Assembly (NCBI GenBank): GCA_004431415.1
Contig: QPMI01000395.1
Location: 372,001 to 436,000 of the forward strand
From: Cyanophora paradoxa CCMP329
Taxonomy: Eukaryota > Plantae > Glaucophyta
DNA length: 64,000 bases
Reading direction: 5' to 3'
Shown here: positions 12,487 through 23,492 of the stretch, piece after piece
Numbering within the stretch: position 1 is the stretch's first letter
Layout: each line of letters begins with the position of its first letter
Translations under genes and position numbers: made by a program
Notes under the pieces: generated by a model
Database searches by the model: none
What the model was told of the DNA's origin: nothing
The model's input: only the letters and a program-made list of their open reading frames with translations

Positions 12487-14398
12487 CGAGATCGGGATTA
12501 TCCCCCTCATAATACATCAATAAATATACGAGCATAAATTGATGCACCGCAGAACGTTTGGTGATAAAACCCGACTGATATTTTGATATTAAGCGGGGCA
12601 TGATAGGGGTCAAGCGGTTAGATAATGCCCGCTCGACTGCTCGCTCCTCTACATTCGATAGAGCGATAGGCCGACGATTAGTGACCAAAGTCGCATCCGT
12701 ACCAGGTTTCGGAATTGGGACAATGAGGATATCTCGTAGCGAGCCAGGGGCCGCCTTCCGATTATGCATAGCCTTAAGGTATTCCATAAAATCTGGACCA
12801 ATGTCGCCCCAGAAAGTACTATAAAATTCAGGTACTAAACCATCAAGTCCAGGGGATTTTCTAAGCCCAGATATATCCTTAAACGATTGCAACAATTCAT
12901 AGGCGGCCAGTGGGGTATCGAGATCCACGGCCTCCCGCGGTATGAGTTTATAAGGCGCATACAGTGACGCACATTCAGCCCGTTCATCACGATGCGCCGC
13001 CACCACACTTTGAGCTTGCTGACCATCGTATAAATCAGCGAAATGAGCTGCCGACAACGTCGTAAGCACAAACGGATTATCAGAAGCATAAGAGGGATCC
13101 GGGGTGTTGGCCGGCCGGAGTTTATTCTCACATCCGGTCTCCTGCTCAGCAGTTCCGAAATAATGAGTGAAAAACTCCCGTCTCGATGTGGCCTCGTTCT
13201 GACTTGAGAATAGCGAGTCAGCTTGAACGGCAGCCCTACACACTTGAGGCATGCGTTCCCGCAGCTCTCTATAAAGAGCAGAGCGGCCACTCAAGAAACT
13301 GTCCCGTAAGATCTCGCCCTGCGAATAGGCGGTGATGAGACGTTCGAGACGTTTCATGGCAGACCAGTAAGCCGACTTATTCTTGCGCCGCTCAGTCGAC
13401 TCCCACGCAGAGAGAGCAGTCTGTAGATACCGTTTAAGAGCTTCGAAGCGAAGAATAGAATCGGATGCAGGCGAAGGCCACTCAGCACGCCACATCTGAA
13501 AAACCTTCCGAATTTCAGCGAGATACGCTGGGTTCTTCCCATGGCCATAAAGGTCCCATCGCATCTTCCAGCGACCCGGCCCACGCTGATGAACTGGAGG
13601 GGACAGCGTGAGTTGAATTCCAATGTGATCAGAAAGAGGCCTATCAAGATGTCTGGAAGTGTATTTCATCCATGGGACGAGCACTGGGTTCCATGCGAGT
13701 AGGGATTGAGAGACAAAGAAATAATCTAGACGAGATTCGACGGCCCCCGAGGCTGCCTGGGCATTAGTCCGATAAAACGTTTTAAATCGATTAGACCGGC
13801 GCTCATCCGTAGCAAGCGATGCAACATCCTGGAGTTGATATTGCGAGCAAACCGCTTCAAAGGATGCAGGGGGCGACACCCGCCCCGAAGTACTGTTCGC
13901 GTCAGAAGGCAAAAGGTGAAAGTTAAAATCACCACATAAGATTAAATGGGACCCCACAGGAACGACCGAATCCAGAGTATGACACAATGTCTCGTAGAAG
14001 CCTAACCGTTCAGCATCCTGAACAGGTGCGTAAATGTTGCACAGGTAAATATTTACAGTTCCAGAGCGCAACAGGAACAGCTGCAGCCGGGAACTCTGTG
14101 CAGGAGCTAGCGAGGTAATGCTAAATCGCTTATTAGGGAAGAGAGTAGCTACACCTTGACTGGCAACTTCTGGATTGAAAGCCCAGTACGAAGGGGTAGC
14201 CCCCCACTTGCCTTTCAGAAAATCAGCGTCTACTTTACTCGATACGTGAGTTTCCTGTAAACAAACTATGGATTTGCGAGACTGTTCACGAGCACACTTA
14301 AGGAGATAATCAACGTGGTGCATACCAAGTGAAGCACAGAAGCTTGTGTCTCCTACTAATTTCCCTGCAACGTTCAGGGAGACAATATTGATGGCCAT
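12487..14398 (-). pseudogene. L1/Tx1-like LINE ORF2: APE endonuclease plus RT N-terminus, 3'-truncated
   Basis: SLNVAG, CLQETH, NIYAP, GDFN, SRLDYFF, SDH; then KSPGLDG, RPIALSN, QSGF. Homology stops at YEGDNPDL. Confidence 0.93.
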
Positions 14399-14405
14399 AG
14401 TATGA

Positions 14406-16232
14406 TCACGGTGGTTTAAAGAATCCAGAGAAAACTATGTACAAGCTTAAATTCAAGAAGGGCAAAATACGAGACGACCCTACTTGCCAGTGCCAGAACC
14501 GGCACCAGTGCCAGAACCGGCACCCCGAACGCGTGTTGGAATTGTACGGCCGGCGGCAGCGATCTGCATGTTCGTCATCTCCGTGGGCAGGCCAGCGGGC
14601 TGCGCTCAGAAACAAGGTGAGGGCGAGTTGAAAAAAGTAATAAGAGTGCCAATTTATGAGATGTCTATGCATCGTATTTAGCGCAGTGGTACAAGGTCGT
14701 GCTACGACCTCCCGGATTTCCGGGTTCGGTTCCTACTGTTTCCGCTTCGTTGTACTTCGAATCCCCGTGATTTCTGATACCGTGACTTGTATCCTCGTTG
14801 TGTACTACGAGTGGGTACGCCCGCCGTAGATCTTTAAAAAAAATCGTATTTAAACAGTAATCCAGTTTTAAAGCCCAGATCAGAACAATTGCAAGTTCAA
14901 GGTGCCGCAGCTGCAGCGCAGCCTTGGCATCATGCCGCAGCTGCAGTGCAGCTTTGGCAGTCCACAACCCCAACTGCAGCGCAGCCGGGGGGGCCACCAA
15001 CTGTACACCCCTATTAGATCTGAACAAAAAGAAAGAGCTCACCGGGTCTATAGCCATGTCCGAAGGGCCGCCAGCGGAGCCAGAGGGGGCGGGAGGTGCG
15101 GCAGAGGCCTTCCCGGCCCGGGCTTGGAGAATGGCCTGAAGGGGGAAGACAATGCGGTGGGCAGGCTTGGAGAGCTGTCCGTCAGGCCCTGGCGGGGCGG
15201 AGAGCTCAAGGCCCATAGGACCAGTTGCCTCCGTCCAACGCGGGCCAGTTGCTGGGTAAGAATAAGTAAACTGATCAGCTGCAGGCTTATCTGCAGCTGC
15301 GCTGGGCCCAGCTGCGGCTGTCTCCTTGCGGGCCGCCTTCTGAGGCCGGGACGCTGAGGACGGAGTGGACGCGGCGGAGAGTTTGGAGGTATGAAATTCA
15401 GAGAGAGAGGGGTGATGGTCAGCTAGGGGATGAGGAAGGTGAGGCCGGCCTCCGCAACCATACAGGCGGCAGTCCCGCCAGCTGGCCGCCACACGAAGCT
15501 CAAGCCCGTCGCCAAAGGTAACCGTATTAGGAAGAGCAACTTGCACATCGAGCGGGGCAGCTCAGAGAGATAGATCTTCATAATCCCGGCTGGCATGCCC
15601 CGCTGCTGATAATGAATGTGCCGGACTTTCAGGCCGCGCTGCGCCAGCCAATGGCGGATAGGGTCCTCATCGGGCCGATGCTGAAACTTCTCAAGCCAGA
15701 TCCAGTGATCCTGGCCCTGCGGGCGCTGAAGCGGCGGCTGGCCAGGGTCAGGAGGCAGACCGCCCGCCGGCGGCGTCGGCTCACGGCCGACAATCCAAGC
15801 GGCCGCAAGAATGCCGAGGGCTGGAACGGCCAACTGGAGGCCAGCTGCACCGACCGATGTCAGGAACCGCTCACAATGCGCAGTACTGCTGAAGATCACA
15901 AGAAAACCGCGACCCCAGCGCGCGACCGAATGCGCTGGCTCGCTGGTAAGAGCGCTCACACGCTCAGTGATCAGCTGCTGTAGCGCATCGAAGGCCGGCT
16001 GCGTGTAGAAGGTCCAAGCAGTCGGAGGAATGATCATGATGCTAGCATAACTGAAGGTTGGCGGATAGAGCTGGGCGACGGTCGCAACAGTAACAAGCGT
16101 GAGCACTGTCAATGGCACAGCGCTAGTCGGAAACAGCCGCTGCCACTCCGCCTGCAGCGGGGCAAGGTCGAAGTTGGCTGTCGCCCGGTTCTGCTCTGAT
16201 CGCGGCATACGCTCAAGCTCGTCTAGAGCCAC
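14406..16232 (-). pseudogene. LINE ORF1, frameshifted near 15546 and interrupted by a SINE-like insert
   Basis: Lies directly upstream of ORF2 on the same strand. RRM-like region and a degenerate knuckle (CRLYGCGGRPH). Removing the insert restores a frame ending 7 nt before the ORF2 ATG. Confidence 0.65.
14681..14842 (+). mobile_element. tRNA-like SINE insertion with 10-bp TSD
   Basis: atcgtattta at 14671-14680 and 14843-14852; A-tail from 14836; A-box-like TAGCGCAGTGG and B-box-like GGTTCGGTTCC. Confidence 0.75.
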
Positions 16233-16355
16233 AGATTACGATCCAGATGGTTGACGTGAGAGACGTGCACGCGTCTGGGCTAACAGACGCGCTCCCGCAG
16301 CGGGGGGGGGTATAGCTTGCAAATTATAACGGAAAAAAGAAAAAACACACATATA

Positions 16356-16508
16356 CTAGGGGCCCGGCCGCGTTTGGCGCGCCGGGGGTGCAAGGGGGGA
16401 ATCGGGAGCTAATGAAAGAGTAGTAGGTGCACGAACATGCACGGGGCAGATGTAGATCGACCCCGGCCCAGCGCGCGCGGCAGGTTGAAGTAGTAAAGAT
16501 AGAGACAG
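16356..16508 (-). mobile_element. Helitron-like 3' end, copy 1
   Basis: Near-identical to 23333-23492 in the opposite orientation. GC-rich hairpin followed by CTAG|T. Confidence 0.65.
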
Positions 16509-18420
16509 ATTATATATGATTGAAAAGAATAGAAAAGGGATGATAAGCAGACGCTGGGATCTAACGGAATAAAGAAAAGCCTGAATGAAAGGCCAGATTG
16601 AGCGCACTGTATATGAAAGATTGTTCTGGAGCGAAAAAACTCTGCGCATCAACTGTGTTCGCACGGCCTACCGCTAACCCTGAACAGCTGGCTAAAAGAT
16701 GATGGTGCTGTCTGCAGAGGGCTCGCCGTAAACATAGGCGATCCAGGCCTTCCTACGCGCGGGGCCGGGCCGAGGCGACACTCGAGGGTGCGGACCGCCC
16801 GGCGCGAAGGGACAGCCGCCGGGGCGCCAACGACGTCGGCGCAGCGCTAGCGGTGCGGCTGCGAGCAGAGGCTGGATCGCGAGGAAAAGCTACGCGGTAC
16901 GGGACACTCCGGCCCACGGGCCCGGGGCTGCGCGGGCGTCCGTGTGAGGCCACTAGGGGGGCAAAAACGGCCGACTTTTGAAACTTTTTAAAAACCATGC
17001 CAAACATGTCGGGAGACCCTCCCGACACCCCCTGTGCACGCTCGCTTTTTTTTGAAATTATCGAAATATCAGCCTTTTCCGGGCATTATCTGGGGGGGGA
17101 AGGAACCAGAACCGAACTTGGCGGATTCGAACCGGGCTAAACGTTCGGCGACCGCCGGCGAGGCAGCCAGCGCTCCGGCGGGCGGCGGGCACGTGAAGAT
17201 CAACGGGAAGTGGAAGTGGGTCCCCAAAGCCGGCGGCAAGAAGGACGCAGCAGTGAAGCAGACTGCTGCAGCCACCAGCGAGGGTTCGTCAGCGCTCGCA
17301 ACAAGGAACCGTCGTGTTGTCGCTCTAGCGCCTATCAATGCGGAGCGTTTGCGCAACTTTCGCCCTCCGGACACTGCTAGTATTCTATGGGCGGCGATTT
17401 GATGGGGGCCGTCGTCTCCACTCCACTCCGGAATGAAGCGAGCGGCCCCAGACCGCTTCTCTAACGCTCATAGTGCTAGCTTAAGCCCGTTTGCGCTGCT
17501 GACGAGCCGGCGCGCAGCGAGGACTTGATCCGCGCGAGACTTGATCCGAGCGCAGCCACGCCGCAGCGGAGGAGCGCAGCCCAACCACGCCGCAGCGGAG
17601 GAGGCTCATGCCTAACATGAGCATCTCGGAACGGTGCGTGTCGAGGCCCCGCTCCGCCGCGCTCGCGCGCCCCGGCCTAACTGGATCCAGCCCCGCGCGC
17701 CTCTCGCAGGCCTCGAGTCGCCATGGCATCTTTCGCCGCCTCCGAGACCGCGCACCGCTCGCCCGCATTGCGGAGGTCCCGCCAAGCCTCCGCTTCGTGG
17801 CCCGCCTCGCCACAGGCAGATGCGCTCTCGTGTGCAATCAAGCATGTCATGCGGTTCTTGATGGCATGGCTGCGACGGCGGGGCGGTGCGGGTTGAGATG
17901 TCTGGGGCCACGATACACATCTAGAGCTCGCGCAGAGCGCGCGTGCGGGCAGCGGCACGCGCCCCCGCCGCCAGCCGCACCTCCTCCAGCAGGGGCACCT
18001 GGCCCAGTGCACGTGGGCGATTCGATTCCGCTGCGAACTGCGAGGGCGCGACGGGCCGCCGCGAGCGCGCATCGATGCTAGCCTTGAAAGAGCTTGCGTG
18101 GATGCATCGCGGCCCTGGCGCTCGCTTCCTTGTGGATATCGCCTGCTCCTGCCGTGTATACACCAGCAGCTGCAGCTGGACGATTTGATCTCGCTTCAAA
18201 GGCTCCGCACCGCGAGGGCTCGCAGGGCCGCCGTAGCGCGATTCGGTGAGCGCATAAATAGAGCGTGCGCGGATGCAACGCGGCCCTGGCGCGCGCTTCC
18301 CCAGCAGAGATTGCTCATGAGTTCCAGTGAGCCAGTGAGTTCCTGGGCGACCGGCTGGCCCCAGCAGGCGCTCTTTGAGCCAGAATCATTATCACATGTA
18401 GTTATGTCACTGCACCAAGA

Positions 18421-18830
18421 TACAGGGTGATCCGAAGTGTTTTTGGGCCGGACCGGTCTCTTGAATTTTACTCGTAGGACCCTCTCGGGGACTTCTCAGT
18501 TTTCAAGTTCCAAAATGCCACCCCGACCTGCTCATGATGCCTGATTGAAGCATCAACTCACTCAGAAGTGGCGATTTCACGTCCCCGGGGGTTTTCGAGG
18601 GTGCTGAAGACGATGGTGGCGGTACCGAAGGCCGCCGATCAAAGCCTGGGTCCGTATTCAAGAACTACTGGAAATTGGAGCCCCAGATGTCTCCTGAGTG
18701 ATCCTCGCGCGCCCAGTTGCATGCAGCGCTCAGGGCACAGAATATAAGTCATTTACATGCTTTTGAAACAAAATATAGGCTAAATAGAGCGCTCGCGGGC
18801 CTCTGAGGCGAGAAAGCAAAGCTACACTAA
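18421..18830 (+). mobile_element. Possible Tc1/mariner-like left end
   Basis: TA|CAGGGTG start typical of Tc1/mariner terminal inverted repeats (TIRs). No partner TIR found in the window. Confidence 0.3.
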
Positions 18831-18844
18831 GCTACGTGGCTAAG

Positions 18845-19890
18845 CTGCGGCGTCGGCCGCATCCTGGCGTCGTCCCCTCGCATCCTGGCGGCGGCGCCGC
18901 GCGGCCTCCTGCGGCGGGGCGCGCGGCGGGCGGGCGGGGGGCGCGGGCGGGGCTGCACGGGCGGGCTCGGCGTGGGCTGGAGGCGTCGGCGGCGTCGCGG
19001 CGTCGTCCCCTCGCGTCCGGGGCGCCCGGCGGCGGCGCCGCGCGGGCTCCTGCGGCGGCGGACGCGGCGGGCGGGCGGGGAGCGCGGGCGGGGCTGCACG
19101 GGCGGGCTCGGCGTGGGCTGGAGGCGTCGGCGGCGTCGCGGCGTCGTCCCCTCGCGTCCGGGGCGCCCGGCGGCGGCGCCGCGCGGGCTCCTGCGGCGGC
19201 GGACGCGGCGGGCGGGCGGGGGCGCGGGCGGGGCTGCACGGGCGGGCTCGGCGTGGGCTGGAGGCGTCGGCGGCGTCGCGGCGTCGTCCCCTCGCGTCCG
19301 ATGAGCTCGGGGGCGGCCCGGCGCGGGCTCCTGCGGCGGCGGACGCGGCAGGCGGGCGGGGAGCGCGGGCGGGGCGGGCTCGGCGTCCGCTGGCGGTGTC
19401 GGCGGCGTCCTGGCGTCGTCTCCTCGCATCCGAGGCGCTCGAGGGCGGCCCGGCGCAGGCTCCTGCGGCGGGGCGCGCGGCGGGCGGGCGGGGGCGCGGG
19501 CGGGGCCGCACGGGCGGGCTCGGCGTGGGCTGGAGGCGTCGGCGGCGTCGCGGCGTCGTCCCCTCGCGTCCGGGGCGCCCGGCGGCGGCGCCGCGCGGCC
19601 TCCTGCGGCGGCGGACGCGGCAGGCGGGCGGGGAGCGCGGGCGGGGCTGCACGGGCGGGCTCGGCGTCCGCTGGCGGTGTCGGCGGCGTCGCGGCGTCGT
19701 CCCCTCGCGTCCGATGAGCTCGGGGGCGGCCCGGCGCGGGCTCCTGCGGCGGGGCGCGCTGCGGGCGGGCGGGGAGCGCGGGCGGGGCTGCACGGGCGGG
19801 TTTGGCGTCCGCTGGCGGTGTCGGCGGCGTCGCTGTGTCTTCCCCTCGCGTCCGAGGCGCTCGGAGGCGGCCCAGCGCGGGCTCCTGCGG
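18845..19890. repeat. Very GC-rich minisatellite, ~140-bp unit, about 7 copies
   Basis: gcgggctcggcgtgggctggaggcgtcggcggcgtcgcgg recurs at 18961, 19102, 19242 and onwards. Confidence 0.9.
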
Positions 19891-20622
19891 TTCTGGACAG
19901 CGGCACGCCGCGCCAGCGAGTGCGGACATGTTCTGCGACGGCAAACGATGCTCTTAGTTGTGCAGAACGCTGCTCTGGCTGACGGCGTCGCACCACGCTC
20001 GCCCCCGCGAAGCGCCCCGCGCTCTCCCGAGCACACTGCGGCCGCGGTCAGAGGAGGCGCCGCCAGCGGACCGCAAACGCATGTTGGGCATCGTATAGGC
20101 GCAGAAGCATGCATGTGGCACCTTCGGAAGCGATACAGCGGCACCGGGAGCGACGGATCGCCCGCAGTCACCGAAGCCGCGCAGGTCGGCCGTTCGCAAG
20201 GCGCGGAGCGTCCGCGGTGCTGGCTGTAGCTAGCTACGTGCCGGCTGGAACATATAGGACGTGCTGCCAGCGGCCAGACTAGGCCAGGCTCGCCGCGCGG
20301 GGCGTGCGACCGCGCGGAAGGCAGGGTGTCGGGTTGGTCGGCGGCGCGGGCGCCGGGGAGCTAGCCAGCGCGCCCAGCTACCCGCCTAGTGCTTCCGATA
20401 CGTGCCCTGCGCTCTCCTGGCGCGGCGCTGCTACGTATACAGTCCGGGCCAGCTGCTTAACAGTTCCTGTACGCCCCCCGAGTAGCTCGGTTTCGCCGCA
20501 GGATAATGGATTTCCGAGTCGGCCATTTTGGGGTATACAAGGGCCTCACACGGTCGATACACGTGCTGCGGTGCAAGCTTGATGCAGTGAAAAGTAGTCC
20601 AGGCGGCACGGGTACGTATATA

Positions 20623-21206
20623 CCGTGCGGCGTACGCGGCGCACTGCGAGGAAGTGGAAATCTAGAGGAGATCGAGCAAGACAGCTAGGGAGAAGTGGTT
20701 CCGTGCGGCGTACGCGGCGCAGTGCGAGGAAGTGGAAATCTAGAGGAGATCGAGCAAGACAGCTAGGGAGAAGTGGTTCCGTGCGGAGTACGCGGCGCAG
20801 TGCGAGGAAGTGGAAATCTATAGCTAGATGAGATCGAGCAAGACAGCTAGGGAGAACTCCAACGAGTCCATGCAGAACCGCGCAACGAGCTAGCCGAAAT
20901 CTAGAGGAGACAGCTAGCTATAGGGAGAACTGGTTCCATGCAGAATCGCGCAAGGAATTCAAAGACCGGAATGAGAGAGAAGTTGCCAAGTTGGTTTCCA
21001 GGCGTCAAGTCGAGGAAAACTGGTCTTCGCCCTCGAAAACCTCTTTTTGCATGGACGGCCGCAGCGACAAACACGTGTCGCTGCAACCGAATTTCCACTC
21101 ATTTTTTTCCCGCGTTGCAAACTGGACCTCGAAAACGGCCTCATAGAAGAATTTTGGCTGAAGCAAGGGAACGGGTAGCAAGGGGGCCCCTTCCCCCCTT
21201 GCAACA
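20623..21206 (-). mobile_element. Repeat-element end with TGT...ACA-type terminus and 78-bp subterminal tandem repeats, copy 1
   Basis: 78-bp units at 20623, 20701 and 20779. Ends cccccttgcaaca. Inverted homologue at 22530-22935. Confidence 0.65.
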
Positions 21207-21375
21207 AGCTCATGAATTATGATCAGCTTTTCTGATGAATTTTTAGTATCATGAATCATGATCGACTCGGCGACTTCGGATCTTTTGAATTCTTTGCCAA
21301 GCGGGCTTTGCCATGTTGAAGTAGCACTGTATACGTAGCAGTGCCAGATTGCCAGTTCTAGTGCCTGCCAGCCCC

Positions 21376-21845
21376 GAACCATATGGTACGAATTTAAATG
21401 ATTTGTATAGACCGGATGATTTTTATAATGAATTGGAGGATATATTTGCGGAATATGATTTAACATTGTTGAAACCCGAAGAGTTGAATGGTACCTCCAC
21501 CCCCAACTTATAAAAATGGTATCGTGAAATGCTCAAACGTGGTTTCACCAACAATTTCTATACCACATACGAACTTTATAATGCTCTATTTGCGAATGTC
21601 GATATCACACAAATTCCTCTGGATGATAACGAGCACTTATGAACAACTTGTGAGTCCCTCTTTTCTACGTAAACGCTATGCCAAAAATTTCTCCTAATAT
21701 AGACTTTTGTGAACAGGTCCATATACCATAAACTACTCTACGTCTGGTGTGAGCATGTCGCAATTTCCAAGCTGCACCATAAAATTGTGCCTGTTCAAAT
21801 GCATTCTTAAATGGTTTACGTTTACATGACAAGAACCTAAGAAAA
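21376..21845. other. AT-rich island with protein-like fragments
   Basis: Sharp drop in GC, no intron signals. Plus frame EPYGTNLNDLYRPDDFYNELEDIFAEYDL...; minus frame FLRFLSCKRKPFKNAFEQAQFYGAAWKL...*. Confidence 0.4.
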
Positions 21846-22529
21846 GTGTCTCCAGGCGTCGATGGCCTCCCTGCTGAATTTTACGTTCGCTTTTTTGATG
21901 AGATTGGCCCCGACTTCTGTGCTTATCTCAGTGCTATGTATGAGTCCGGTCAGGCTTCTGAGTCTTTGCGGCACGTCCTTATTACTCCTATAACGAAGCC
22001 GTCAACGGACCCTACTTTGATTGCGAATCGCCGCCCAATCTCTCTATCTAATGTTGAGGAGCGTGCAGTTGAACGCGCCCTTTCCAACCGTTTAACACCA
22101 CTCATGCCTGGCCTTGTATCCCGCTTTCAATCTGGCTTTATTCATCGTCGCTCCGCAGTGCACCAGGTCATGCTCGTTTATCTATTAATGCATTACGAGG
22201 GCGGTAATCCTGAGCTTGAACAACTTTGCTTCGGATTTCTCGATTTTTCAAAAGCTTATGACCGCGTTAACTGGAGCTTCCTGTTTTGGTCGCTCGAACA
22301 GTTCGGCTTCGGACCTCAGTTTATCAAGTGGGTTCGCTTACTTTACTCTGATCTGCAGGGTTCTGTTCACATTAACGGCTGGACCTCGGCCCCTTTCCCC
22401 ATTCGATGCGGAGTGCGTCAGGGTGGCCCCCTGTCTCCCTATTTGTATAATTTATGCACGCACCTTTTAGCCCTTCTGATTAATGCTGACGTGCGTATAC
22501 GTGGTGTCCGCCTTTCTCCTAACTCCCTA

Positions 22530-22935
22530 TGTTGCAAGGGGGGAAAAGAAGACCGAAGGTCTTCCCCCCCTTGCTTCCCGTTCCCTCGCTTCAGCCAAAA
22601 CTTTTTCTATGAGGCCGTTTTCGAGGTCCAGTTTGCAACACCGGAAAAAAATGACGGGTTATTCGCGTTCGGATTGGCTCGGTGGACCGGTCAGCTCTCG
22701 ACTTTCGAGCGTCGAATTAGAGGGGGAAAAGTGGTTTTCGAGGGGAAAACTAACTTCTCTCTAACTCCGGTCTTCGAATTCCTTGCGCGGTTCTGCATGG
22801 AACCAGTTCTCCCTAGCTGTCTCCTCTAGATTTCGGCTTCCTCGCAGTGCGTCGCGTACGCCTTGCTCTTCGTTGCGCAATTCTGCATGGAACCACTTCT
22901 CTCTACCTGTCAACGTCTCCTCTAGATTTCCGCCT
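22530..22935 (+). mobile_element. TGT-terminated repeat-element end, copy 2, inside the LINE RT
   Basis: Starts tgttgcaaggggg. Reverse-complement homologue of about 20800-21206. Confidence 0.7.
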
Positions 22936-23332
22936 AGAAACTGCTTGCGTTGCTGCCTGCGCCGCTGCAGCTGATCGCAGCCGAGCACGCCCGGCCGGCC
23001 AGATCTAGACCGTACTCTCTTGCTGCGCTTATATCGAGCTTATATTGCAGAACCGCGTGTGCCGGCCGAGCACGCCGGCCGGGCCGGGCGCTCGGCGCTC
23101 TTGTTGCGATCGGCACCCGGACAGCAGACTAGCTATAGTTCGTGTCCTGCGTGCACGCCGCGTGCAGCCCTGTGTTGCGCCGCCGGGCCGCGTGCACGTG
23201 CGTGCGCCCCCGCCGCCTGCTACCCGGCCTGGGCACTGCCTCCGGACGCGCCGCTGCACGCCGCTTTCCGGTCGTTACGGATCCAGCTTCTGGTAGCTAT
23301 CGTCGCTCCGAGCCTTGCCGGGCCAGATGCCG

Positions 23333-23492
23333 CTCTGTGTCTATCTTTAATTTACTAATTCAACCTGCCGCGCGCGCTGGGCCGGGGTCGATCTACATCT
23401 GCCCCGTGCATGTTCGTGCCACTACTACTCTTTCATTAGATCCCGATTCCCCCCTTGCACCCCCGGCGCGCCAAACGCGGCCGGGCCCCTAG
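23333..23492 (+). mobile_element. Helitron-like 3' end, copy 2
   Basis: Hairpin cccggcgcg-ccaaa-cgcggccggg, then CTAG at 23489-23492 and T. LINE RT resumes immediately (KVLQFADD). Confidence 0.65.

Larger units (their letters stand above)
1..12487 (+). mobile_element. Ty3/Gypsy-type LTR retrotransposon, degenerate copy; 5' end outside the window, 3' boundary approximate
   Basis: Domain order Gag zinc knuckles, RT, RNase H, integrase. Downstream non-coding region runs until LINE homology starts at about 12487. LTR ends could not be fixed. Confidence 0.9.

Noticed and set aside
14671-14745. Functional tRNA-Ser gene
   Set aside because: No acceptor stem and a broken T-stem; bounded by a TSD and A-tail.
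18827-20229. Long Arg/Pro/Ala ORFs on both strands
   Set aside because: Artefact of an extremely GC-rich minisatellite that lacks stop codons.
21376-21845. Alternative genetic code (TAA/TAG as Gln)
   Set aside because: Six in-frame stops include a TGA and are not rare for AT-rich DNA; the second half reads better on the minus strand.
12487-22529. The two LINE pieces as one inverted element
   Set aside because: They overlap over the same RT segment and differ at many residues, so they are separate subfamilies.
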